A stretch of DNA of 64,000 bases, taken from contig JALOSW010000002.1 in the NCBI GenBank assembly GCA_025458245.1, positions 4,361 through 68,360 of the forward strand. Reading direction: 5' to 3'. A program made the position numbers and the translations under genes. This DNA is from Burkholderiales bacterium. Lineage in GTDB: Bacteria; Pseudomonadota; Gammaproteobacteria; Burkholderiales; SG8-39. Positions 36,507 through 45,045 of this stretch are shown here, piece by piece. Position 1 is the stretch's first letter. Every line of letters starts with the position of its first letter. The notes below the pieces were generated by a model. The model saw nothing but the letters and a program-made list of their open reading frames with translations, had not been told where the DNA came from and did not search any database.

Positions 36507-39500
36507 GTGACCAAACAGAGCGCGAGCCGCCGCAAGCCGGCAGCAAGCTCGAACCGCACCCGCCGCACGCCGCGCCGAACGCGATTCGCCCCGCGCGCCG
36601 ACGCGGACGCGAGCGTCGCGGCGGGCGCGATCTCTCATGCCATGGCGGGGCTCGATGTCCTGCACGACACGGTGCCTGGTCGGGTCCGGTTTCGTTGCGA
36701 GGCGATCATCGACCGTCCCGCCCGTGCGCAGGCAGTCACTGCGGCGTTGGCCGATCTCGCCGGCGTCGCCAAGGCATCCGCGAGCGCACTGACCGGGTCC
36801 GTGCTCGTCGCGTTCGCGCCGCCCGCGACTTCGGCGTCGCTCGCCACCGCCGTCGCGGCCGCGGCGCGCGGCGCGCGCGCGAATGGGCGAGTCAGCGCGA
36901 ACGGCGCGTCCGGCGGCGCGGCGTCGGCTCCGCGATCGGCCATCCGTGACCGGCAGCCCGTACGCGTCGACGCGGGCGTTGCGCCGCACGCCGGACCCGC
37001 GTGGCACAGCCTGCCGCTGCAGCAGGCGATCTCGCGCCTCGCGGCAAATCGCATCTCGGGATTGGCCGACGCCGAGGCCGCGTTTCGGCTGCGCAAGTTC
37101 GGGCCCAACGAGCTGCCGCGCAGCGAGCCGCGTTCGGCGGGAGCGATCTTCCGGGAGCAGCTCACGACCCTCCCGATCGCGCTGCTCGACGCATCCGCCC
37201 TCGTCTCCCTGCTTACCGGCGGCCTCGCCGACGCGATCGCGATCGCCGGCGTGGTGCTGCTCAACGCGGGGATCGCGACCGCCACCGAGAGGCAGGCGGA
37301 GCGCACGATTCTCGGGCTGGCGAGCTATGCGCCGCACCCGGTGCGCGTGATCCGCGACGGGCGGCGGCACGAAGTGCTGCCCGCGGCTCTGGTTCGAGGC
37401 GATCTCATCGAGCTCGAGCCGGGCACGCTCGTTCCCGCCGACGCACGGCTCGTCGCGGCGGACGACCTGACGGTGAACGAGGCGGCGCTGACCGGCGAGG
37501 CACTGCCCGTCCACAAAGACGCCACGGTCAGGCTGCGTCCGGAGGTGCCTCTCGGCGACCGCGTCAACTTCGTGTTCCGGGGCACTGCCGTGACCGGCGG
37601 GCGCGGCCTGGCGATCGTTACGGCCACCGGCGCGGAGACCGAGATCGGCCAGATTCAGGGCCTGCTCGGCTCGGTGCGTCCGCCGGAGACGCCGATCCAG
37701 CGGCAGCTCGGCGAGGTCGGACGCGAACTCGTGATCGCGAACGGCCTCATCTGCGCCGGCGTGCTGGCGCTCGGGCTCTTGCGGGGCCAGGGTCTGGTGC
37801 CGATGCTCCGCAGTGCGATCGCGCTGGCGGTTGCCGCGATCCCCGAGGGCCTGCCCGCCGTCGCGACGACGACGCTCGCGCTGGGCGTGCAGGACATGCG
37901 CCGACGGAACGTGCTCGTGCGCAAGATCGAGGCTGTCGAGACGCTCGGCGCGGTGCAGGTCGTCGGTCTCGACAAGACCGGTACGCTCACGGAAAACCGT
38001 ATGGCGGCCGTCGCGATCCACGTCGGCGGCGAGCGCTACGCCCTCGACGGCGGCCGCATGACGCGCGACGGACAACCGGCGGACGGGGCGGCGAGGGACC
38101 TCGCTGCGCGCATGTTCGAAGCGGCGTCGCTTTGCAGCGACGCGACCCTCGGCAAGGCGAATGGCGCGACGATCGTCGGCGGGACGCCCACAGAGACCGC
38201 GCTGGTGCAGGCTGCGCTCGACCTCGGCGTCGATGTCGCCGCGGCGCGCCGCGCCGCGCCGGTGCTCGCGACCGTGCCGCGGACGCTGGGCCGCAAACGG
38301 ATGAGCACGCTTCACGGCGCCGGGCGCGCGCGCGTGCTCTACGTGAAGGGCGATCCGGTGGAAGTGCTCGAGCGCTGCAGCCACGTACTCGGGCGCGAGG
38401 GCCGGTTGCCGATCGACGCGGCCGCGCGGAGCGAGATCCTCAAAGCGAACCAGCGCATGGCCGGAAAGGCGCTGCGCGTGCTGGGCATGGCGTTTCGCCC
38501 GGGCGCGGGCGGTGCGAGGAGCGACAAGGGCCTCACCTGGCTCGGGCTGGCGGGACTGGCGAACCCGATCCGCGCGGGGTCCGTGCGGGCCATCAAGACG
38601 CTGCATGGCGCCGGCATTCGCACGGTCATGATCACCGGCGACCAGAGTGCGACCGCATTCGCGATCGCGCGGGAGCTCGACCTCGGCGATGGCGGCGAGA
38701 TCCGCGTCCTCGAAGCAGGGCAGGTGAAGGGCGTCGATCCCAAGGTCCTCGCTGCCATCGCTGCGAACCCGCACGTGTTCGCGCGCGTGAGCCCGGTCGA
38801 CAAGCTCGAGATCGTGCGCGCGCTGCAGGCCGACGGCCGCATCGTCGCGATGACCGGAGACGGCATCAACGACGGTCCTGCGCTCAAGGCCGCGGACGTC
38901 GGCGTTGCCATGGGTGCCGGCGGGACCGACGTCGCGCGCGAGGTCGCCGACATCGTGCTCGCCACCGACGATCTGGACGGCGTGGTCGAGGCCGTGCGCC
39001 TCGGGCGGGCGACCTACGCGAACATCCGAAAAGTGCTGCGCTTTCTGGTGAGCACCAACTCTGCCGAGACCATGGTCATGCTCGGTGCCGCCATCGCCGG
39101 GTGGCCCGAGCCGCTCAAGCCGATGCAGCTCCTCTGGCTCAATCTGGTGACCGACGTGCTGCCGGGCCTCGCGCTCGGACTCGAGCCGCCGGAGCCGGAC
39201 GTGCTTGCGGAGCCGCCGCACGATCCGCGTGCGCCGATCCTGGCGCCGCGCGACTTCCGACGGCTGCTGGTGGAAGGCTCGGTGCTCGGCGGCGCAACGC
39301 TCGCCGCGTTCCTCGCCGAAGGCGGTGCACGCGGTCCGCACCAGGCCGCGCCCACGCCCTCGCCGTCCCGCGCGAGCACGGTTGCGTTCCATGGGCTCAC
39401 ACTTTCGCAGCTCGCGCACGCGGTCGTCTGCCGCTCCGAGCACCATGGGATCCTCGAGGAGCTGCGCCGTCCGCCGAACCGAAAGCTCTACGCCGCGCTC

Positions 39501-39701
39501 GCTGCGTGCCTCGCGATGCAGGCGGGCGCGCAGCTCGCACCGTTCACGCGGCGGCTGCTCGGCCTCACGCCGCTGGCGGCCTCCGACCTCGCGGCGATCC
39601 TCGCAGTGGGCTTGGGCTCGGTGGCCGCCAACGAGGCGATCGGGGCGATCATTCGCGGGGCGCGGCACGCCCGCATCCCTACGGCAAGGAACACCTCATG
39701 A
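36507..39701 (+). CDS. P2-type (SERCA-like) cation-transporting P-type ATPase with N-terminal cysteine-less HMA-like domain
   Basis: DKTGTLTENRM, TGDGINDGPALKAADVGVAMG, TM4 motif AIPEGLPAV, TGEALPV. The N-terminal roughly 90 aa contain PGRVRFRCEAI...LAGVAKASASALTGSVLVAF. The start could be GTG 36507 or ATG 36642. Confidence 0.9.
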   Translation: MTKQSASRRKPAASSNRTRRTPRRTRFAPRADADASVAAGAISHAMAGLDVLHDTVPGRVRFRCEAIIDRPARAQAVTAALADLAGVAKASASALTGSVLVAFAPPATSASLATAVAAAARGARANGRVSANGASGGAASAPRSAIRDRQPVRVDAGVAPHAGPAWHSLPLQQAISRLAANRISGLADAEAAFRLRKFGPNELPRSEPRSAGAIFREQLTTLPIALLDASALVSLLTGGLADAIAIAGVVLLNAGIATATERQAERTILGLASYAPHPVRVIRDGRRHEVLPAALVRGDLIELEPGTLVPADARLVAADDLTVNEAALTGEALPVHKDATVRLRPEVPLGDRVNFVFRGTAVTGGRGLAIVTATGAETEIGQIQGLLGSVRPPETPIQRQLGEVGRELVIANGLICAGVLALGLLRGQGLVPMLRSAIALAVAAIPEGLPAVATTTLALGVQDMRRRNVLVRKIEAVETLGAVQVVGLDKTGTLTENRMAAVAIHVGGERYALDGGRMTRDGQPADGAARDLAARMFEAASLCSDATLGKANGATIVGGTPTETALVQAALDLGVDVAAARRAAPVLATVPRTLGRKRMSTLHGAGRARVLYVKGDPVEVLERCSHVLGREGRLPIDAAARSEILKANQRMAGKALRVLGMAFRPGAGGARSDKGLTWLGLAGLANPIRAGSVRAIKTLHGAGIRTVMITGDQSATAFAIARELDLGDGGEIRVLEAGQVKGVDPKVLAAIAANPHVFARVSPVDKLEIVRALQADGRIVAMTGDGINDGPALKAADVGVAMGAGGTDVAREVADIVLATDDLDGVVEAVRLGRATYANIRKVLRFLVSTNSAETMVMLGAAIAGWPEPLKPMQLLWLNLVTDVLPGLALGLEPPEPDVLAEPPHDPRAPILAPRDFRRLLVEGSVLGGATLAAFLAEGGARGPHQAAPTPSPSRASTVAFHGLTLSQLAHAVVCRSEHHGILEELRRPPNRKLYAALAACLAMQAGAQLAPFTRRLLGLTPLAASDLAAILAVGLGSVAANEAIGAIIRGARHARIPTARNTS

Positions 39702-40867
39702 CGCTCAAGGAAATGATCTTCACGTCGGAGTCGGTCACGCCCGGTCACCCCGACAAGCTCTGCGACCAGATCAGCGACGCTGCGGTCGATGCGTTCCTGC
39801 AGCAGGACGAGGACGCCCGCATCATCGTCGAGTGCGCCATCGCGACCGGCGTGCTCTTCCTCGCCGCCCGGTTCGCGGCCCAGGCGAACGTGGACATGCC
39901 GACGCTCGCGCGGGGTGTGATCGCCGACGTGGGCTACACGGGCGAAAGCTTCGACGCGCGCAGCTGCTCGATCCTCACGAGCTTCACGCCGCTCGACGGC
40001 TCGGCGCGTCCGGACGCGCGCCGTGACGGGTCGGAGCCCGCGCAGGAGCAGGCCAACGCGTTCGGATTCGCCTGCCGCGAAACGGCTGCGTTCATGCCGA
40101 TGCCGATCTGGCTCGCGCACAAGCTCGCGCGCGAGCTCGAGGCGGCGCGGGGACGCGGGCTCGATTGGCTGGGGCCCGACGGCAAGACCCAGGTCGCCGT
40201 GCATTACCGCGACGGGAAGCCGGTCGGGATCAACAGCCTGACCATCACTGCGGCGACCGCCGATCGCCCGTTGCGGAAATCGATGGTCGAGGAAGCGATG
40301 CGCGAACTGGTGATCAAGCGGGCCTTCCGCGACGAGGCGCTCAGGCCCGATGCTTCCTGCACCGTTCACGTGAACCCGGGCGGCCCCTACCTCGTCGGCG
40401 GGCCGGCGAAGCATTCGGGCCTCACCGGGCGCAAGAACGGCATCGACACCTACGGGGAATACGCACGCCAGAGCGGGGCGGCGCTCTCGGGCAAGGATCC
40501 GTCGCGTATCGACCGGATCGGCGCGTACGCGGCGCGCCACGCTGCGAAGAACATCGTCGCCGCCGGCCTCGCCGAGCGCTGCGAGGTGCATCTCTCGTAT
40601 GCGATCGGGAGCGCACACCCGATCAGCGTGGCGGTCGACACCTTCGACACGGGCAGGATCCCCGACGACGACATCGCCGATCGCGTCCTGCAGGCCGCCG
40701 ATTTCCGGCCTGCGGCGATCGAAGCGCGCTTCGGCCTGCGCCGGCGCGCGGCCGCGGCCGGCGAGCGGGGGTTCTTCAAGCCGCTCGCCGTGTACGGGCA
40801 AGTCGGTCGCGTCGACCTCGACGTGCCGTGGGAGGCCGTCGACCTCGCGGCCGATCTCGCGCGATGA
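39698..40867 (+). CDS. divergent S-adenosylmethionine synthetase (MetK) paralogue
   Basis: 389 aa. IFTSESVTPGHPDKLCDQISDAAVD, GPDGKTQV, GLTGRKNGIDTYGE, LSGKDPSRIDRIGAYAARHAAKNIVAAGLA align with MetK. The ATG overlaps the ATPase stop (ATGA). Confidence 0.85.
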   Translation: MTLKEMIFTSESVTPGHPDKLCDQISDAAVDAFLQQDEDARIIVECAIATGVLFLAARFAAQANVDMPTLARGVIADVGYTGESFDARSCSILTSFTPLDGSARPDARRDGSEPAQEQANAFGFACRETAAFMPMPIWLAHKLARELEAARGRGLDWLGPDGKTQVAVHYRDGKPVGINSLTITAATADRPLRKSMVEEAMRELVIKRAFRDEALRPDASCTVHVNPGGPYLVGGPAKHSGLTGRKNGIDTYGEYARQSGAALSGKDPSRIDRIGAYAARHAAKNIVAAGLAERCEVHLSYAIGSAHPISVAVDTFDTGRIPDDDIADRVLQAADFRPAAIEARFGLRRRAAAAGERGFFKPLAVYGQVGRVDLDVPWEAVDLAADLAR

Positions 40868-40885
40868 CGCGGACGCGCGCCGGGG

Positions 40886-41320
40886 TCAGTCGGCCGCGCG
40901 GCGTGCGCGCCGGAAGAGTTCGGTCGCGTACCAGAACAACGTGACCGCAGGCGGGAGGATCCGTTTCTCGCCGATCTGCAGAAGTCCGAAGACAGCGAAC
41001 GCAGCGGCCGCGAGCGCGGGTGCGGCGCGCGCGGTCGGCACGAGCGGTTGATCGCGGCCGGCATCGGGGTCGGCCGCGACGAGCTGAAGCATCCCCGCGC
41101 GCACCGCGCGTTCGGCGTATTCGTCGAACCGACCCTCGTGGGTCATCACGACCGTGCCGCTGAACGCGCGGATGCTCACCGTTTCGATGCCATCCAGTTC
41201 GCCGAGCCGGGTGGCGATGGCGGCGAGTGCGCCGGCGTCGCCGGCGTGCTCGCGGAATCGCAGCCGCGTGCGGCCCTCCATGGCATGTGCCAACTCGGCG
41301 CGCGGCGCATGTTCAGGCAT
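40886..41320 (-). CDS. HMA-like (cysteine-less, HMA_2-type) domain membrane protein
   Basis: 144 aa. HAMEGRTRLRFRE...LGELDGIETVSIRAFSGTVVMTH parallels the ATPase N-terminal domain. C-terminal hydrophobic segment AAPALAAAAFAVFGLLQIG. Confidence 0.6.
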   Translation of the reverse strand: MPEHAPRAELAHAMEGRTRLRFREHAGDAGALAAIATRLGELDGIETVSIRAFSGTVVMTHEGRFDEYAERAVRAGMLQLVAADPDAGRDQPLVPTARAAPALAAAAFAVFGLLQIGEKRILPPAVTLFWYATELFRRARRAAD

Positions 41321-41666
41321 TGGCGGTCGCCTCGGCTGCGGCGCGGCGCGTCACTCGCTTGGCGGTCTTGCGCGCGGGAGATCTGGCTCTGCCGTCCGAC
41401 GCGCGCTTGCGCGCGGGCGCGGCCCCGCCCGACGAGGCCGGCGCGGACGCGGTTGTCGCGGCTTCGAGACGGGCCTCGGCGTAGGTGTCTTCGAGCGTCT
41501 CAACGAACTCGACCGCCTTGACCTGAACCTGGCGCGCGAGCACCAGCGCTGCCTTGATGATTTCCTTCAACGCCGGTTGACTGTTGCGCGAAACGACCGG
41601 CGCGGCCAGCGCGAGGACGGCGCCTGCGAGTGCGCCGAGCGCAAAGGGAACGATGGGAGCTGCCAT
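41313..41666 (-). CDS. small membrane-anchored protein, DUF5132-like
   Basis: 117 aa from MAAPIVPFALGALAGAVLALAAPVV, followed by an amphipathic helix and a basic tail. AAGGAA RBS. Its stop overlaps the next gene by 8 nt. The family call is from memory. Confidence 0.5.
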   Translation of the reverse strand: MAAPIVPFALGALAGAVLALAAPVVSRNSQPALKEIIKAALVLARQVQVKAVEFVETLEDTYAEARLEAATTASAPASSGGAAPARKRASDGRARSPARKTAKRVTRRAAAEATANA

Positions 41667-41874
41667 TGCCTTTCCTTCATGAATGATGAGAAGCAATTCA
41701 TTCTAGTGCGCTGCGGCGCGTATTTCCGCCTTGCCGGTGCGAATTCGAGGGGGCGCTCGAGAGCGCGTATTGCAGGCGAAATATTTCGGTAACAGAGACG
41801 GCGCGCAGATCGCCGGCGCGCCCTCGACCAGCGCGACGGGCCGCGAAGAAGCGGTGTGTCGGCCCGCAGAGCCC

Positions 41875-42408
41875 TCAGAGCAGCGCGAGCGTGCCGAAAG
41901 CGAGCGCCGCGCCGATCGCTGCGCCGGCCACCACGTCGCTCGGATAGTGCAAGCCGAGGATGAGCCGCGAGGCGGCGACGAGCAGGGCGAACGGCGCCAC
42001 GACCGGCGCGAGCACCGGGTAGTAGGCGGCGAAGAGGATCGCGAATGCGACCGCGTGCAGCGTGTGCCCGGAAGGGAAGCTGAACGCGTCGAGCGGGTCG
42101 GCGCCGAGGCGGATGGCGTGATGCACCTCATAGGGTCGCGGGCGCGCAGTGCGCAGCTTGAGCCACTTGTAGAGGGCGAGGCCGCCGATCCCGACGCCGA
42201 GCATGTGCGCGACGGGCGCGATCGCGTCCCGCCCGTCGATCGCCAGGACGGCGCCCATCAACGCGTACCAGAGGATGCCGTCGCCGAGCCGGCTGACGAT
42301 CCGGAAGAACCCTGGCACGCCGCGCCGCGCGAGCGCGCGGTTCGCGCGCAGCGTCGCCGCGGCGTCGAGGGAAGCGAGCGCGCGGAGGCTCAGATCAGGA
42401 CGACGCAT
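41875..42408 (-). CDS. PAP2-family phosphatase
   Basis: 177 aa. KLRTARPRP ... FPSGH ... SRLILGLHYPSDV are the three acid-phosphatase (PAP2) motifs. Confidence 0.88.
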   Translation of the reverse strand: MRRPDLSLRALASLDAAATLRANRALARRGVPGFFRIVSRLGDGILWYALMGAVLAIDGRDAIAPVAHMLGVGIGGLALYKWLKLRTARPRPYEVHHAIRLGADPLDAFSFPSGHTLHAVAFAILFAAYYPVLAPVVAPFALLVAASRLILGLHYPSDVVAGAAIGAALAFGTLALL

Positions 42409-43624
42409 GGTCGCTCTCCGTGCGCAGGAAGCGCGCGGATGCGGTGCGGTTCTCGTCGCTGCGCCGAGCGATGAGACGGAGGAATACCGCTTCGAGGTCG
42501 TCGATCACGCGCGGCCAGGACAGGCCGGCGCCGACCTGCGCGGCCTCGCTGCGCAGCCGCTCGCGCAGCACGGCGTCCGCGGCGAGCGATTGCGCATGCG
42601 CGACGAAGGCGTCGCGATCTCCCGGCCGCGCGAGCAGACCGCTATGGCCGTGCCGGATGTATTGGCGTGCGGCCGCGTAGTCGAACGCGACGACCGCGAG
42701 CCCGCTCGCGAGGGCTTCGGTCGTGACGTTGCCGAACGTCTCCGTGGTGCTCGGGAACACGAAAACGTCGCCCGAAGCGTAATGCGCCGCGAGATCGCTG
42801 CCGAACCGCATGCCGGCGAACACGAAATCGGGATGCCGCTTTCGCAGCGAGGCGGCGTCGGGGCCGTCTCCGACCAGCACGACGCGCAGCGCAGGGTTCG
42901 CGACACGCGCGGCGAGGGCGGCCTCGACGAATAGCGCCAGGCCTTTCTCCGGCGCCAGCCGACCGACGTAAAGCGCGACCGGCTCGTCGGCCCGGCAGCC
43001 CCAGCTCGCGCGGATGCGCGCGTCGCGTCTCTCCGGTGCGAAGACGCGCTGGTCGATGCCCCGCCCCACGACCTCGAGGCGCTGGAAGCCCGCCGCCTCG
43101 AGTTCGGCTTTCAGCTCGCCTGTGGGCACCATCGTGCAGTCGGCGCGATTGTGGAGCGAGCGCAGATATCCGGCGACGACGCCGGCGAAGGGCCCGAACC
43201 CGTAGTGGCGACTGTAGGTGTGAAAGTTCGTGTGGAAATCCGACGCGACGGGCACGCCCAACTGGCGGGCGGCCGCGACCGCCGACCAGCCGAGTGGCCC
43301 TTCGGTGACGACGTGCACGATGTCCGGCCGCCGCGCGCGCCACCGCGCGAGCAGGGCGCGCTTGGCCGGCAGCCCGAGCCGCAGCTCGCGGTAGCTCGGG
43401 ATGGGCATGCCGCGCTTCAGCACCTCCTCGAAGTGCCGCGTGCTCGCCGGCGCATCATTGCGCCCCTGGCGCGGACGGATGAGTTCGATGCGGTGGCCGC
43501 GCCCCCGGAGCGCGTCGACCATCGTGCCGATCGTCCGCGCGACGCCGTTCACCTCCGGCGGAAACGTCTCGGTGACGACCGAGAGCGCGAGCGGCCGGGT
43601 CGACGGGGAGTCGGATGCGCCCAT
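42395..43624 (-). CDS. GT4-family glycosyltransferase
   Basis: 409 aa from MGASDSPSTRPLALSVVTETFPPEVNGVARTI. FVFPSTTETFGNVTTEALASGLAVV (E-x7-E). Its 3' end overlaps the PAP2 gene by 14 nt. Confidence 0.88.
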   Translation of the reverse strand: MGASDSPSTRPLALSVVTETFPPEVNGVARTIGTMVDALRGRGHRIELIRPRQGRNDAPASTRHFEEVLKRGMPIPSYRELRLGLPAKRALLARWRARRPDIVHVVTEGPLGWSAVAAARQLGVPVASDFHTNFHTYSRHYGFGPFAGVVAGYLRSLHNRADCTMVPTGELKAELEAAGFQRLEVVGRGIDQRVFAPERRDARIRASWGCRADEPVALYVGRLAPEKGLALFVEAALAARVANPALRVVLVGDGPDAASLRKRHPDFVFAGMRFGSDLAAHYASGDVFVFPSTTETFGNVTTEALASGLAVVAFDYAAARQYIRHGHSGLLARPGDRDAFVAHAQSLAADAVLRERLRSEAAQVGAGLSWPRVIDDLEAVFLRLIARRSDENRTASARFLRTESDHASS

Positions 43625-43734
43625 AGCGGCGCATGGTCGGCCCGGCCGGTGAAGCTGGCGTGAAGGTTCCTTGAAGCTTCGGTGACGAGGCGCCGGCCCG
43701 CTCGATGGATCGCGCGAGGCGGACCGCCCCGCGC

Positions 43735-44109
43735 TCAACCGAACAGAATGAAGCCCCAGACCGCAGCGACGTTCACGAGCGAGAGAAAGACCGCCGCGCT
43801 GCCGATGTCCTTCGCGCGCTTCGCGAGCGCGTGCCGGTCGAGAGACACGCGATCGACAGCGGCCTCGATCGCCGAATTGAGCAACTCCACGATCAGCACG
43901 AGAACCACCGACGCGACCATCAGTGCGCGCTCCAGGCCGGAGACCGGCAGGAGCAGGGCCGCGGCGACGAGCACGAGCGCCAACAGACATTCCTGACGGA
44001 ACGCGTCCTCGTGGGTGAACGCGTCGCGCAGACCGGAGAACGAGTAGCCCGTCGCGTTGACGATGCGGCGCAGTCCGGTCTTCCCCTTGAACGGGCTCTT
44101 TTCTTCCAT
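43735..44109 (-). CDS. dgkA: diacylglycerol kinase
   Basis: 124 aa. GYSFSGLRDAFTHEDAFRQE ... ELLNSAIEAAVDR ... AKDIGSAAV match DgkA. Confidence 0.93.
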   Translation of the reverse strand: MEEKSPFKGKTGLRRIVNATGYSFSGLRDAFTHEDAFRQECLLALVLVAAALLLPVSGLERALMVASVVLVLIVELLNSAIEAAVDRVSLDRHALAKRAKDIGSAAVFLSLVNVAAVWGFILFG

Positions 44110-44173
44110 CGTTCCTGAAGTCGGGCGCGAAAAACCGCGCGCAATGTAGCACGCTGTCGGCAGGATCTCGCGC

Positions 44174-44229
44174 CGTTCACCGAGACTTCACGCAGCCGTA
44201 ACCTGTGCGTCACCTCGGCAACCTAACGT
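44174..44229 (+). promoter_or_regulatory. Pho-box array (four 7-mers at exact 11-bp phase) plus -10 TAACGT
   Basis: CGTTCAC cgag ACTTCAC gcag CCGTAAC ctgt GCGTCAC, then a 10-nt gap, then TAACGT. Lies 34 nt upstream of the ATG at 44263. Confidence 0.65.
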
Positions 44230-44262
44230 CCCTCGGCGGTTCGTTCACATCAGAGGGACGTG

Positions 44263-45036
44263 ATGCTCCGCGAGAGAAGCTTGAAGGTCGGGTCGAGCGG
44301 CGGACCGCGGTTCGTGGTCGAGTACGCTCGGACGATGCGCGAGATGCGGGAGGCGCAGCGCCTGCGCCATGCGGTCTTTGCCGAAGAGATGGGCGCGCGG
44401 CTCACGGGTCCGGAGCACGGCGTGGACGAGGACCGGTTCGACGTGCTCTGCGATCACCTGCTCGTGCGCGACGCGGTGAACGGCGAGGTGGTCGGGACCT
44501 ACCGCATTCTGTCGCCGGAGGCGGCGCGGGAGGCCGGCGGCTGTTACTCCGCGCAGGAGTTCGACCTCGCGCGGGTCGCGCACCTCCTTCCCCGCGCGGT
44601 CGAGCTCGGCCGATCGTGCATCCACCCGGACTACCGTACCGGCGCCGTGATCTCGCTCCTTTGGGGCGGGCTCGCCGACTACATGGCTCGGGGCGGCTAC
44701 GAGCACCTGATCGGTTGCGCTAGCGTCAGCCTCGCCGACGGGGGGGACTCCGCGGCGGCGATCTACCGCGAGGTCGAGGCGCGGCATCTGGCCCCGCCGG
44801 AATACCGGGTGTTCCCGCGCTGCCCGCTGCCGATGGAGGAGATTCACGCCGGCGGGCCGGGCGTCGTCCCGCCGCTCTTGAAGGGCTACCTGCGGCTTGG
44901 CGCATGGGTGGGCGGCGCGCCGGCGTGGGACCCCGACTTCAATACGGCGGACTTGTTTATGCTTATGCCCCTTGCGCGCATCAGCCCGCGCTACCTGCGC
45001 CACTATCTGGGCGGCGCGCGCCCGCTCGCCGCATGA
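44263..45036 (+). CDS. GNAT-family N-acyltransferase (OlsB-like / hemolysin-like, candidate aminolipid synthase)
   Basis: About 257 aa. LRHAVFAEEMGA...DEDRFDVLCDHLLVRD...VVGTYRIL...ELGRSCIHPDYR are typical of the Acetyltransf_5 family. ATG 44263 is preferred over GTG 44260 on SD spacing. Confidence 0.8.
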   Translation: MLRERSLKVGSSGGPRFVVEYARTMREMREAQRLRHAVFAEEMGARLTGPEHGVDEDRFDVLCDHLLVRDAVNGEVVGTYRILSPEAAREAGGCYSAQEFDLARVAHLLPRAVELGRSCIHPDYRTGAVISLLWGGLADYMARGGYEHLIGCASVSLADGGDSAAAIYREVEARHLAPPEYRVFPRCPLPMEEIHAGGPGVVPPLLKGYLRLGAWVGGAPAWDPDFNTADLFMLMPLARISPRYLRHYLGGARPLAA

Positions 45037-45045
45037 GAGAACGCC

